In this document: positions 22,490 through 31,966 of the stretch, piece by piece | How positions within the stretch are numbered: position 1 is the first letter of the stretch | Layout: each line of letters starts with the position of its first letter | Virus record (IMG/VR): IMGVR_UViG_3300031886_000002 | DNA from: an uncultured virus (IMG/VR IMGVR_UViG_3300031886_000002) | Taxonomy: Duplodnaviria > Heunggongvirae > Uroviricota > Caudoviricetes | Length of the DNA: 64,000 bases | Strand: one strand, 5' to 3' | Notes under the pieces: model-generated | The model's input: only the letters and a program-made list of their open reading frames with translations | The model's database searches: none | What the model was told of the DNA's origin: nothing | Position numbers and translations under genes: made by a program

Positions 22490-22891
22490 CTACTGTTCTA
22501 TTTGTGCTAAGAAAGAAGTAGGTACTCTTGTAGAATCTTCCATCGTCATTGGTGGTGTAGGCACATACTGTGCTTGCAATGGATTATATTGATTCATACT
22601 TTGTCTAATCCTATCTCTTTGTTGTTCGTCTCTATTCTTTTTGTTCCAATAGGCTGCTATTCTTCTATCCAACAAGAATGTTTCAATCTTGTCATTTATT
22701 GCTAAATCAAATAACGCTTTCATAACCAATATGCCGCCTACTGTCATTAACCCAAAGATTAATGCGTGTGCATATTCATTAAACGAAATTAAATCCCCAT
22801 ATTTAGCATAGAAATATACATTCGTGCCGCTTATTGCGCCTACGAATAGTATGGTCATCACTAACTTAGTGTCCTTTTCTAATGCTGGCAT
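22490..22891 (-). CDS. Two-TM membrane protein
   Basis: Two hydrophobic helices followed by a polar tail. Confidence 0.7.
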   Translation of the reverse strand: MPALEKDTKLVMTILFVGAISGTNVYFYAKYGDLISFNEYAHALIFGLMTVGGILVMKALFDLAINDKIETFLLDRRIAAYWNKKNRDEQQRDRIRQSMNQYNPLQAQYVPTPPMTMEDSTRVPTSFLAQIEQ

Positions 22892-22899
22892 TTACTCAC

Positions 22900-23214
22900 T
22901 CAACTATATTGTATGGAGCATGAAACATTTGCTTTAGTTCCAGAGCCTGTAACTTCAACAAAAATTCCATTAGCAACTATTGCCCCATGTAAATCAAAAT
23001 CAAAGTTCTGTTCTATTTGCCCAACAAAACAACGATGAATTTTAGTATCACTATTACTAGTCCCATCGTAAAATGTTAATACATTTTTTGTCGTTCCATT
23101 ATTACTTACTTTAATAGATTTTATTCTTGCTCTTCCTGTTATCAATTGCACACTATCAGCACTACTGCCTGATTCTGTAAATAGATGTAAACCTGTATTC
23201 GCACAGCCACTCAT
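22900..23214 (-). CDS. Small beta-rich virion protein (putative)
   Basis: Beta-strand pattern; downstream of capsid genes. Confidence 0.5.
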   Translation of the reverse strand: MSGCANTGLHLFTESGSSADSVQLITGRARIKSIKVSNNGTTKNVLTFYDGTSNSDTKIHRCFVGQIEQNFDFDLHGAIVANGIFVEVTGSGTKANVSCSIQYS

Positions 23215-23350
23215 ATTATCTCACGCCCCCACGAATAGGTCGAGGTCGCAATAGGATATAAGGGTTCGTCTACCTTATACCAAGCATTACGCTTTAATGT
23301 GTCAATTTGAAATGTTCCACTCAACATGACCAAAGTTAGAGTGACCCAAC

Positions 23351-23368
23351 ACCCCCAATTAAGGGGGT
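23351..23368. terminator. GC-rich hairpin downstream of the capsid operon
   Basis: accccc-aattaa-gggggt inverted repeat. Confidence 0.4.
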
Positions 23369-23395
23369 ATTGAGCCACAATCGTAACTTTTTATC

Positions 23396-23749
23396 TCAAA
23401 GGTTGCCCCAAACTCTAACTCGTATTGAGCCAAAGTTTGCATCATTAGCCAATGTAGCATTTGTACCATCCAAAGATGTAGCCATAAATGCAACGGAAGT
23501 TCCTGACTCGTATGCTCCCGTAGCACTACATTCTACCTGTGGTTGGACTGCGTTAGCATTATCATAACCTGTAATGCTAACAGCAGTAATAGCAGATAAA
23601 CCGAATGCTGAGGCAGGAATAACTGCTCCTGCCGCAACACCCGATGTTATATCCACTAATGCATCAACTACATATTCATCGCCAACAACTTTAGGGGCAG
23701 TAATGCCCTTATGGTCTGCTAGGTTAGTAACTGTATATGCTAATGCCAT
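23396..23749 (-). CDS. Putative capsid decoration protein
   Basis: A/V/G-rich ORF directly after the major capsid gene. Confidence 0.55.
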   Translation of the reverse strand: MALAYTVTNLADHKGITAPKVVGDEYVVDALVDITSGVAAGAVIPASAFGLSAITAVSITGYDNANAVQPQVECSATGAYESGTSVAFMATSLDGTNATLANDANFGSIRVRVWGNL

Positions 23750-23761
23750 GCTTAATCACCT

Positions 23762-25147
23762 TCATGCACTCTTGAGGTTCGTTATCTTACCTTGTCCCTT
23801 AAAGAAAGAGCAGCCGGTTTCAGCAATGGTTCTATACATTGCTTGGTTACCGAGTGTTCCAACACCAAATGGGTTTCCGTTATCAATTCCGTCCTCAAAG
23901 TATTGAGTTGGCTTAAGGACACTTAGCCACAGATGGTCTGTATCAAGTATCAATAGGTCACTCAACTTCTCGCTTGCAGTAGCATGGTTTCCTGTCTTGG
24001 GCATATCCTTACAAGGAATAATGGGTATGTCAAAGTATGTTGCCACTCTAAAGCCAACTTCGCTTCCCTTTACACCCCTAACACCTGAGTGTGTCGGGAT
24101 AACTTCCTTTCTATCCATAAACCTTTCTTGTGCTTGTAGTAAGTCACCAAGATGCTGTATAGTATCATAGCCGGTTAGGATAACCTTTGGACTTCCGCCA
24201 TTCTGACGAAGCCTTCTCAACATGTCATTTAGAATGGTTAGGGTTAGAATGCGCGCATTTGCGGCGGCATAACCTGCTCCATAATCTACTTCTGCATCCA
24301 AGAAAGATTCATTGTATGCATTGCTAACCAATTGCCTGCTTGTGTCACCATATATGGTGCTTAGAGTTGCAGTTAGTCCTCCAGTGCTAGATGTAGAATC
24401 ATCCAGCATTGAAGCATCAACCATAGCCTCTAATTCAGCACTTGAAGCAACAACCTTCATCAGCGATGTGTAGTTACGGTTCATATTAACCGAGTTTACT
24501 CCACTTGCCTTTTCTTGGTCATAATGCTCCAATGGCATTAGCAACATTTTATTCTGCACTTCAGCGTGGTGCTTACCCATATCCTCACGGATTAAAGAGC
24601 GCAAATCACCAACGCCATCGTCAATCTTAGCCATTTCAAGCGCAAGTTCTGAAAACTCAAACAAATGAGCCACAGTCTTTGGGCTTGTATAGAGTTTAGC
24701 ATACTCTGGTGTGATAGCGGGTATATCATTACCGCTTCCTAGTGATGCATTTTCAGCAACACCACCAATATTATCTGCACTTGGGGCTACAACACCTCTC
24801 GATGTTGAGCCACCACTCTTTTGCACATCAAAGGTTCCACCGGAGCCTCCTTCTGCTCTACTCTTCAGTATTCTCCAACCACTTGTAGTATATGGCCTCT
24901 TAGCAAGCATAGCCAATGCGTTAACCTCTTGGTTAAGCATTGACCAAACTTTTTGTCCATACGCTACATTGTAAAGGTCGGCTAATCCTGTTGCACCGGA
25001 TAAACCGGCAACATCTGTATCATGGCCTGTTCCTGAAGAACCCCATGATACAACACCCGCACTCTTTAGAAGTGCGTTACCTGCACCGCCCCTAATTCCA
25101 TAGGTAGCGGCTTCCAAGTCTTTCATTGTTTTAATGTATCCACTCAT
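23762..25147 (-). CDS. Major capsid protein (HK97 fold)
   Basis: Follows protease-scaffold; size 461 aa; ATYFDIPIIP and GQGKITNL C-terminal pattern. Confidence 0.85.
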   Translation of the reverse strand: MSGYIKTMKDLEAATYGIRGGAGNALLKSAGVVSWGSSGTGHDTDVAGLSGATGLADLYNVAYGQKVWSMLNQEVNALAMLAKRPYTTSGWRILKSRAEGGSGGTFDVQKSGGSTSRGVVAPSADNIGGVAENASLGSGNDIPAITPEYAKLYTSPKTVAHLFEFSELALEMAKIDDGVGDLRSLIREDMGKHHAEVQNKMLLMPLEHYDQEKASGVNSVNMNRNYTSLMKVVASSAELEAMVDASMLDDSTSSTGGLTATLSTIYGDTSRQLVSNAYNESFLDAEVDYGAGYAAANARILTLTILNDMLRRLRQNGGSPKVILTGYDTIQHLGDLLQAQERFMDRKEVIPTHSGVRGVKGSEVGFRVATYFDIPIIPCKDMPKTGNHATASEKLSDLLILDTDHLWLSVLKPTQYFEDGIDNGNPFGVGTLGNQAMYRTIAETGCSFFKGQGKITNLKSA

Positions 25148-25152
25148 TTATT

Positions 25153-26373
25153 TCACCTTTCATACTCACTAACTAGATTGTGTATATCGCCCCATGACAT
25201 ATCAGCAACATCAAATGCTGGTATTTCAACTTCTTGGGACTTAGCAATCGTTTCTGTCTGTTCTGACAGACTCTTTCTAAGAGTAGCAAATTCTTCTCTA
25301 AGGGTTTCAACCTCAGACTTAGCATTATACTCTCTTCTAGCAATGTCTTCTTTTCGGACACTTGTTTCTGACTTAAACCTACCAGCAAACTGAGCCTTTA
25401 GCGAATCATATGCCATCTTCTCCATTTGTTCTGCCTTAAATGCTTCGTATGCTTTCTCCACATTATCTGGGCTAAGGTTTAAAGTGGCGAATTCATCATT
25501 CTTCCACTCCTTAGTTACCTGTCCTAATTGGCTCATCTGAGAATGTTTCTTCCCAGCCTCCATTTTTTCATCAAATCCATGCTCAACTGGGCCTTCTGGT
25601 CCTGTTCGCATCTTTTCTTCTTCTTCCGAATCATCGAAATCAGCATATTCTAAATCATCAGGAGTCTCTTCTGATTCTTCTTCTTGAGCATCCATGCTCT
25701 CCAAATCAAAGTCTTCCTCCTCTTCTTTCGGTTCTGCTGGTTCCGAGTATTCGTCTTCTTCCTTCCTCAATTCGTTGACTTGTCCCATCAACTCATTCAG
25801 TTCTTCTAACGCTTTTTCCAATCTCTCGGTCATTTTTTCATCTCCTCTCTCTTGTTTAAGAATGTCAAATTTTGCTTCTGGATTTATTCCTTTCTCACAA
25901 ATTGTGACTTCGTGGAGTTCTAGTTTATCAATTTCGTTATATTGACCTAATTCATCATTGCTTTTCTTTCTCTTACTGAGTGCTTGACCACCAATACTAA
26001 ATGAACGCAATGTTCCTTTTCTTATTCCTCTAGCAATTTCTTTTGCTTTTTCTATGTCATCTCTAAGTTTAATAACAACATAAAATCCTATATCATCTAC
26101 TTGAGTTTTATGAAGAAAACCATGTTTATCTCTATACTTAGGAATTACTTCTCCGACTTGTACATTTGAATGATTTGACATTACATTTCTATATTTCTTT
26201 TCATTCATATATTTAGTTACTGCTGTTTCCAATGCATCCAATGTAACTAAGTCATTTTGTTTATCTACTATCTCAATTGAAGCATATCCACCAATTACTA
26301 AATCATCTGATTTAATTATGTCAAATGTCCCATTATCTTTCGATTTGAGTAAAACACCTTCTGACACAGACAA
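25153..26373 (-). CDS. Prohead protease fused to acidic scaffold
   Basis: IGGYAS...DKQND...H...VG...SFSIGG...LHEVTICEKGINPEA (HK97-type protease) followed by acidic coiled coil. Confidence 0.9.
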   Translation of the reverse strand: MSVSEGVLLKSKDNGTFDIIKSDDLVIGGYASIEIVDKQNDLVTLDALETAVTKYMNEKKYRNVMSNHSNVQVGEVIPKYRDKHGFLHKTQVDDIGFYVVIKLRDDIEKAKEIARGIRKGTLRSFSIGGQALSKRKKSNDELGQYNEIDKLELHEVTICEKGINPEAKFDILKQERGDEKMTERLEKALEELNELMGQVNELRKEEDEYSEPAEPKEEEEDFDLESMDAQEEESEETPDDLEYADFDDSEEEEKMRTGPEGPVEHGFDEKMEAGKKHSQMSQLGQVTKEWKNDEFATLNLSPDNVEKAYEAFKAEQMEKMAYDSLKAQFAGRFKSETSVRKEDIARREYNAKSEVETLREEFATLRKSLSEQTETIAKSQEVEIPAFDVADMSWGDIHNLVSEYER

Positions 26374-26403
26374 TGTTGTTCCCCCTACTATATCAAGTGA
26401 GCG

Positions 26404-28923
26404 TCATTCCGCAAACGACATACCTAAATTTTTATGCCTATCTTCACTAATATCCCATATACCAGCGTCTTCATTTGTATCTAGCATCTTCTGCTTGTAT
26501 CCTGTCCAAACTAACCATTTGTCCTCACCCTTCACAGGTACGACTCTAAAGTGTAGTCTAGTCTTAAACTTGTTACCATCAATCTTATATTCATGATAAC
26601 CATGCTTTTGAACCCCTAAGATAATCTCACCCTTATCTAAGAGTTTTTCCTTTTGTGTTTTATTAGACACTTGAGCAGGAAATTTACCGGCTTTTCCAAA
26701 TAGATTATAAATATCTTCATTGTCTTCTATATCAATTGTCCAAGCAAATGTTTCATCATTTACTTGTATTATTAAATCTAAATTATCATCTTTTCTAACA
26801 TAAAGTTTGTATCGGCCCTTTTTAGAAAGTTCTGTAGAATCTTTAATTATTGCCTTATCATTATAAGTATAGTTATTGTGATTTACTTGGATAAATTCAT
26901 CAAAGTCATTCATCCAATTTTTCATTTTTGTAACATTTCCATCCCATAATTGGTCAACTAGAATAGGAATTTGTCTTTCAGCATTTTCAAAAATATCTTT
27001 CAAATTTACTCCTTTTCTATTATCATCTTTTTGCTTTAAATAATTATGTAATACCACTCTTGCTTTACCACTTTTTGATTTGTATATCTTTTGTAATTCT
27101 TCTTTCCAAACATCAATATCAATCAATGCATTCTTTTCCATTAAAGAATCTCCATCGAAACCATAAATAGTATATCCATCAGTATCAGTTTTTAATATTA
27201 TTTCAGCCGTACCATGTATTCCATCTGTAATTGTATATTTTAATAAAGCCTCTTCCACTTCATACTTAAGAGTTTTCTTACCATCTTCTGATAACAAAAG
27301 CATAGTAACTAATTTTTCAGGATGTTCCACTTCGGGTATTTCAATTACCTTAGCAGAATATAAACTAAACCCTTTACCTTTTCTTCTAACTTCATCAACC
27401 TTTACTCTAACAATAGAACCTATTTCGACCTTCTGCTTTGTATTCAATGCTTTACCAACCTTCAAATATGTTTTACCATCCAATTCAGTACCTCCATATT
27501 CTCTAGCCTCTTCTCCTGTTAGTGGGCCTATACCTAGAACATATGAATATAAATCAGATTTGGTTTTATTCTTCTCTAAAACTATAACATCTAAATCAAC
27601 GAACTTCTTCCACTTAATCCATTTTGGGTTTTTCTTTGTTCCAACATAATAAGTTGATTCAATGTCTTTTATTACTACTCCTTCTGATGCTGGTAATTCC
27701 ATAATATCTTTAGCATACTTTTCAATCTCTTTGAGTGAATCTGCAATTCTAGTATTCTTCTTTGAAGGGAAACTTAAAAGGTCATCAGACAAGGAGGATA
27801 ACTGATAAAACATAATATTAATTCTATCTCTTAATGTAGAATCTAATAATGATTGTCCATCATGATTCATAATATCAAAGACTCTTGCCTTTAATGTAGC
27901 ATCAGGATATTTATTTTTAAACAAATGTGCAATAGTATCTGCTCTATGCAAAGGGTCTTTATCATCATACAATATTAATTCTCCATCTAAAATCATATCA
28001 CCAAACTTTTTCTGTTTCATTATTTCAGCAATATCCTTACACTTTTCAGTAATATCTTTTTCATTATAAGTATAAATTTTAACTTTATTATCTACCTTAT
28101 GCAATTGTATTCTAATACCATCATATTTTTCTTGAACAACCCATTCACCACTAAAACCTTTTAGTTCTTTAATATCCTTTACTTCAAATATTCTATACAT
28201 TGGCTTATTTGGAATAATAAAATCTATATCCTCTTTCTCCTCTTCACTTTTCTCCTCTTTTTTCAAAACAATTTCTACTAATTTATCCCATTGTTCTTCA
28301 GTATGAGTAGATAAATATACTTTCTCTAGTAGTTTTAATGCTCCCTTAAATTTACCTTTAACTCTACTAGTATCAACATCATCACCATAATGTTCAATAA
28401 TATACAAAGGAATATCAGACACTTGCAAATCTAAACCTTTTGCTCCTTCTGTTATAACATCAGGTTCTAAATCATGTTTTTCCCATGCACTCTCAGGTAT
28501 AGAGTGGGAATGGTTTCTCAAAGCATAATGAACAAATTGAGCAAATAAGGCAGGTTTCCCTTCTAAAGTTTCAATTACCTTCTCACCCATTTGTTTTCCA
28601 AAAGGGTCATTAATTGAATCAGATTCAAAGCGCATAAGTTTTATATCATTATACAATTGTTCTGCTTTACTAGATTCGGGGTTCAATGCTTCTTTACTAA
28701 ATACAACATCTTCATCTAACGCATCCTTAATTTTCTGAGAAAACTCACTAAGTCCATCAAAATCTTCTCTTATCTTCTTTACAGATTTCTCCCATTCTTT
28801 ACCATATTCTTTAGGGTCTTCTTTTGCTGACAGAAATTTAAATCTAACATCTTCATAGAAATCAAGGACTTTCTTAAATAGATAGTCCGTTTTCTTTTCA
28901 AACTCAACTCCTGACAACGGCAT
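26404..28923 (-). CDS. lig: ATP-dependent DNA ligase with extra N- and C-terminal domains
   Basis: Motif I EKYDGIR, LDGEL, FDI, EGVVIK, WIKWK. Confidence 0.9.
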   Translation of the reverse strand: MPLSGVEFEKKTDYLFKKVLDFYEDVRFKFLSAKEDPKEYGKEWEKSVKKIREDFDGLSEFSQKIKDALDEDVVFSKEALNPESSKAEQLYNDIKLMRFESDSINDPFGKQMGEKVIETLEGKPALFAQFVHYALRNHSHSIPESAWEKHDLEPDVITEGAKGLDLQVSDIPLYIIEHYGDDVDTSRVKGKFKGALKLLEKVYLSTHTEEQWDKLVEIVLKKEEKSEEEKEDIDFIIPNKPMYRIFEVKDIKELKGFSGEWVVQEKYDGIRIQLHKVDNKVKIYTYNEKDITEKCKDIAEIMKQKKFGDMILDGELILYDDKDPLHRADTIAHLFKNKYPDATLKARVFDIMNHDGQSLLDSTLRDRINIMFYQLSSLSDDLLSFPSKKNTRIADSLKEIEKYAKDIMELPASEGVVIKDIESTYYVGTKKNPKWIKWKKFVDLDVIVLEKNKTKSDLYSYVLGIGPLTGEEAREYGGTELDGKTYLKVGKALNTKQKVEIGSIVRVKVDEVRRKGKGFSLYSAKVIEIPEVEHPEKLVTMLLLSEDGKKTLKYEVEEALLKYTITDGIHGTAEIILKTDTDGYTIYGFDGDSLMEKNALIDIDVWKEELQKIYKSKSGKARVVLHNYLKQKDDNRKGVNLKDIFENAERQIPILVDQLWDGNVTKMKNWMNDFDEFIQVNHNNYTYNDKAIIKDSTELSKKGRYKLYVRKDDNLDLIIQVNDETFAWTIDIEDNEDIYNLFGKAGKFPAQVSNKTQKEKLLDKGEIILGVQKHGYHEYKIDGNKFKTRLHFRVVPVKGEDKWLVWTGYKQKMLDTNEDAGIWDISEDRHKNLGMSFAE

Positions 28924-28931
28924 ATACTCAC

Positions 28932-29174
28932 CTAATCTAATAATTGAGTTTTAAAGTCTGTCTTTCCAATAGCATCTCTAATCTTTACTTTTTCTTCATC
29001 GCTTCCCTTAGCATCAGTAACCTTTTCTGCTTTGGGTTTAGTTAATTTAACTTCTTCACCTGTCAAATCATCTTCATTGAAATCATTTGCGTTCAAGATT
29101 TCAATAGCCTTCTCTGCCGCTTTCTTTGTTAATTCTACTGCTTTCTCTTCCTTAGTTACTCTATCAACCATCAA
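28932..29174 (-). CDS. Hypothetical protein
   Basis: Coupled ORF, charged. Confidence 0.6.
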   Translation of the reverse strand: MMVDRVTKEEKAVELTKKAAEKAIEILNANDFNEDDLTGEEVKLTKPKAEKVTDAKGSDEEKVKIRDAIGKTDFKTQLLD

Positions 29175-29404
29175 TAACCACCTTCTATTCTATTAACCAT
29201 ATCGTTAATATCTTTCCAATCCATCTTAGAAATATCATTTCCAATTGGATTATTATCATTACCCATAGATGGAGTTGGTGTATTAGTAACAACAAATCCT
29301 GACTTCATCAAGATATTATCTTTATCATACACCGCCGCCTCTAAGTTCTTTACTTTCTCTACTAACTCTTTCATTAGTAGTAACATTTCACTTTCTTCAC
29401 TCAT
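29171..29404 (-). CDS. Hypothetical protein ending in a scaffold-like MDWKDI helix
   Basis: C-terminus resembles that of the protease-scaffold. Confidence 0.6.
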   Translation of the reverse strand: MSEESEMLLLMKELVEKVKNLEAAVYDKDNILMKSGFVVTNTPTPSMGNDNNPIGNDISKMDWKDINDMVNRIEGGY

Positions 29405-29843
29405 CTTTCTCTTCTCCTAAATCGCCTCTACTTTTTGGATATACCATCCCTCTAAGTTGACGGTATAGAATTTCATAATCTTTTCTTAATTCAGATGCAG
29501 TAGCAACCATAGACACATTTTTTTCATCCATAGCCTTCATTTTCTTATGCATTTTTTTAGTTTTCATTAATCCTGCATCTTTTAACTCATCAATCAATTT
29601 CCCTAATTTAGTGAAATCTTGGCCCATATATTCACTTGGTTGGGTAGATTGTAATATTTTCTTGAGTCGTTTCTTTTTCTTAGGGTCTAATTTTTCTAAC
29701 AATGGACTTGATTCTTTATTTATTTCATTATTATCTATTTCTTCAGCCAAAGCCCTATGTGATTCTTCTATATCTTCAGATTCAACATGATAGCCAAATC
29801 TATTCTTTTTTGCTTTTACTTTAATAATGTCTTCCCAACTCAT
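29397..29843 (-). CDS. Hypothetical protein, WxxhhK tag
   Basis: MSWEDIIK. Confidence 0.7.
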   Translation of the reverse strand: MSWEDIIKVKAKKNRFGYHVESEDIEESHRALAEEIDNNEINKESSPLLEKLDPKKKKRLKKILQSTQPSEYMGQDFTKLGKLIDELKDAGLMKTKKMHKKMKAMDEKNVSMVATASELRKDYEILYRQLRGMVYPKSRGDLGEEKDE

Positions 29844-30148
29844 ACTCTTACCTCATTCATTTGAATCTCTGCTCCTTTAATAACACCTGCGCCTTTCAAG
29901 TCTTTCAATCTCTTTTTTATCAAATCCACATTTTTATAAAACTCTGCCTCGCTGCCTAGAACAAAACTCCAAAATAATCCATCTTCCATATGTTCTGCTG
30001 GTTCCGGGGTTTTAGTAGCATCAACCCCCGGTATATTTATTCCTGATAATAGCACTTGTAATAATGCCGGTTCAGCAGGACTTATAGCAATGGATAATAT
30101 ACTGCGACTTACCCTTCTTCTCGCTTTAATAATATCTTGCCAACTCAT
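29840..30148 (-). CDS. Hypothetical protein, WxxhhK tag
   Basis: MSWQDIIK. Confidence 0.7.
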   Translation of the reverse strand: MSWQDIIKARRRVSRSILSIAISPAEPALLQVLLSGINIPGVDATKTPEPAEHMEDGLFWSFVLGSEAEFYKNVDLIKKRLKDLKGAGVIKGAEIQMNEVRV

Positions 30149-31746
30149 TCTTCTTCATCCCCTAACTCACTCATGATTTCTTGATATTTTTCTTTAGCAT
30201 TTACTATTTCTCTATTATCTTCCATGTCCTTCATGATTTCCATAATATTCTTTCTTGTTTCATTAAGTCTATCATTAGTACGATTGGTTTCACTTTCTGT
30301 TCTTATTTTATTAAATCCTCTAGTTGGTAATTCTGCTAATCTAGTTTTAAGATATGTATATTGGTTTTTTAAATGGTCTAACGCAGAAACAGGTTCTCCT
30401 TCTGCTTCTTCTGCATCATCTGCTAATTGTCTTCTACCTATTTCTTGTCTTTCCTTTAACCTTTCATGGGATTGAACATAATTCATATAATTACTAATTG
30501 AATTTATCAAGTCAAAGCGTTCTTGTCTTATATCATTAATTTCATCTCTATTAATTTGAATATTAGTTTGTTGTTCTATAAATTCTAACACTTCTACTAT
30601 TTCACTTAAAGATTCCCATAAGTTTTCTATAGCACCAATATCAGTTTCAACTATATTACCAAATTCTTCATCAAAATCTATTTGAGCAAGTTGTCTATTA
30701 CTTCTACCTTGTATTCTATCATATATTTCAGTCTCATGATTTATATCAGTATATCCACCTGATTCATCTTTAAATTTATCTAATCTAGGCTTAATTCTTT
30801 GTATAATAATATTAGCATGTTCCTTAATCTTTTTTATATCTTGATTAACTACATTTTCACTAGAAAAGTCATAAATAGTGTCATCAGGATTTTCTTTTTG
30901 TTTAACCAATTGACTAATTCTAGTTGACACATTTAATATATTACCAGATACTAATTGTCTATGAAAGTCCTTCATCTGTGATATATTAGGAACCGCTACA
31001 TTTCTACTTCTAAGAAAATCTCTCAATAAGTCTATTCCTGTAGGGTCTCCACTATTTAAGTCACTCCATAAAGTTGGGTGAAATGCTTTAGTTTGATTAT
31101 CATCTTGAATTGCTTTTCCTAACTTCAATAAAAATTTATCATTAAACAATCCTAATAATAATAATCTACTCATGTATCTATTATTACCTTGAACATTTCT
31201 TCCTTTTCTTAGTTTAGAAATTAATCCATTTTTTCCTCTCAATTCTTTTTCTAAATCAGAATAGTCTCTAGCCTTATCTCTTTGTCGCCCCGGTTCAATA
31301 AAGGCTCTCAATGTTAACACTATTTCAACTTCTTCTGCGTTTTCATCCTCACTTTTCTTAAGAACTTCACTTACTTTTAACAAAACATCTACCATAAGTG
31401 TTTTACCCTTTCTGCTAGAAGCGGAAACTCTTTCTGTACTAGGAATAGCATCAGTTTTTCTTTTAGGTTCTGTGAAAAATAGACTTTCATCAGTAGTATC
31501 TAATTGAGTTTCTGTTGATTCACTTTTTACCCTATCAAATATAGCATTCAATCTCCTAGCAGAAATAACTCTACCAAGTTTACTATTGGATTCTATTTCC
31601 CATTTTCTTTTATTGTTCTCTACATATTGAATAATAGATTCTTGCACAGTAAGTTGTTTTTTAATTTCTTCTATTATCAGTTGGTGCTTTAAAATATCTT
31701 CTACAGATTTACTATTGGACTTCAATAGTATATCCATAAAACTCAT
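30145..31746 (-). CDS. Hypothetical helical protein, variant tag
   Basis: MSFMDILLKS; coiled-coil composition. Confidence 0.7.
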   Translation of the reverse strand: MSFMDILLKSNSKSVEDILKHQLIIEEIKKQLTVQESIIQYVENNKRKWEIESNSKLGRVISARRLNAIFDRVKSESTETQLDTTDESLFFTEPKRKTDAIPSTERVSASSRKGKTLMVDVLLKVSEVLKKSEDENAEEVEIVLTLRAFIEPGRQRDKARDYSDLEKELRGKNGLISKLRKGRNVQGNNRYMSRLLLLGLFNDKFLLKLGKAIQDDNQTKAFHPTLWSDLNSGDPTGIDLLRDFLRSRNVAVPNISQMKDFHRQLVSGNILNVSTRISQLVKQKENPDDTIYDFSSENVVNQDIKKIKEHANIIIQRIKPRLDKFKDESGGYTDINHETEIYDRIQGRSNRQLAQIDFDEEFGNIVETDIGAIENLWESLSEIVEVLEFIEQQTNIQINRDEINDIRQERFDLINSISNYMNYVQSHERLKERQEIGRRQLADDAEEAEGEPVSALDHLKNQYTYLKTRLAELPTRGFNKIRTESETNRTNDRLNETRKNIMEIMKDMEDNREIVNAKEKYQEIMSELGDEEE

Positions 31747-31750
31747 TCAA

Positions 31751-31966
31751 TCACCACTTATTTTCTGTGCGCTTCTTTGCTTTCTTTGGTAGCCCAATAT
31801 AGTCTGGTATATCAGCCATTCCGGGTTTCTTCTTCTTTACACTATTAGGGTCTGGTCCAATATAATCAAAATTTCTATTCTTTGTTTCAACTATTTCGTT
31901 CCTCTCCTTATTTCTTGCTCTAGCAAGTTCTTTCTCTAAATCATTTACTGACTTCTTTTCACTCAT
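31751..31966 (-). CDS. Hypothetical basic protein
   Basis: Coupled to the portal stop. Confidence 0.6.
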   Translation of the reverse strand: MSEKKSVNDLEKELARARNKERNEIVETKNRNFDYIGPDPNSVKKKKPGMADIPDYIGLPKKAKKRTENKW

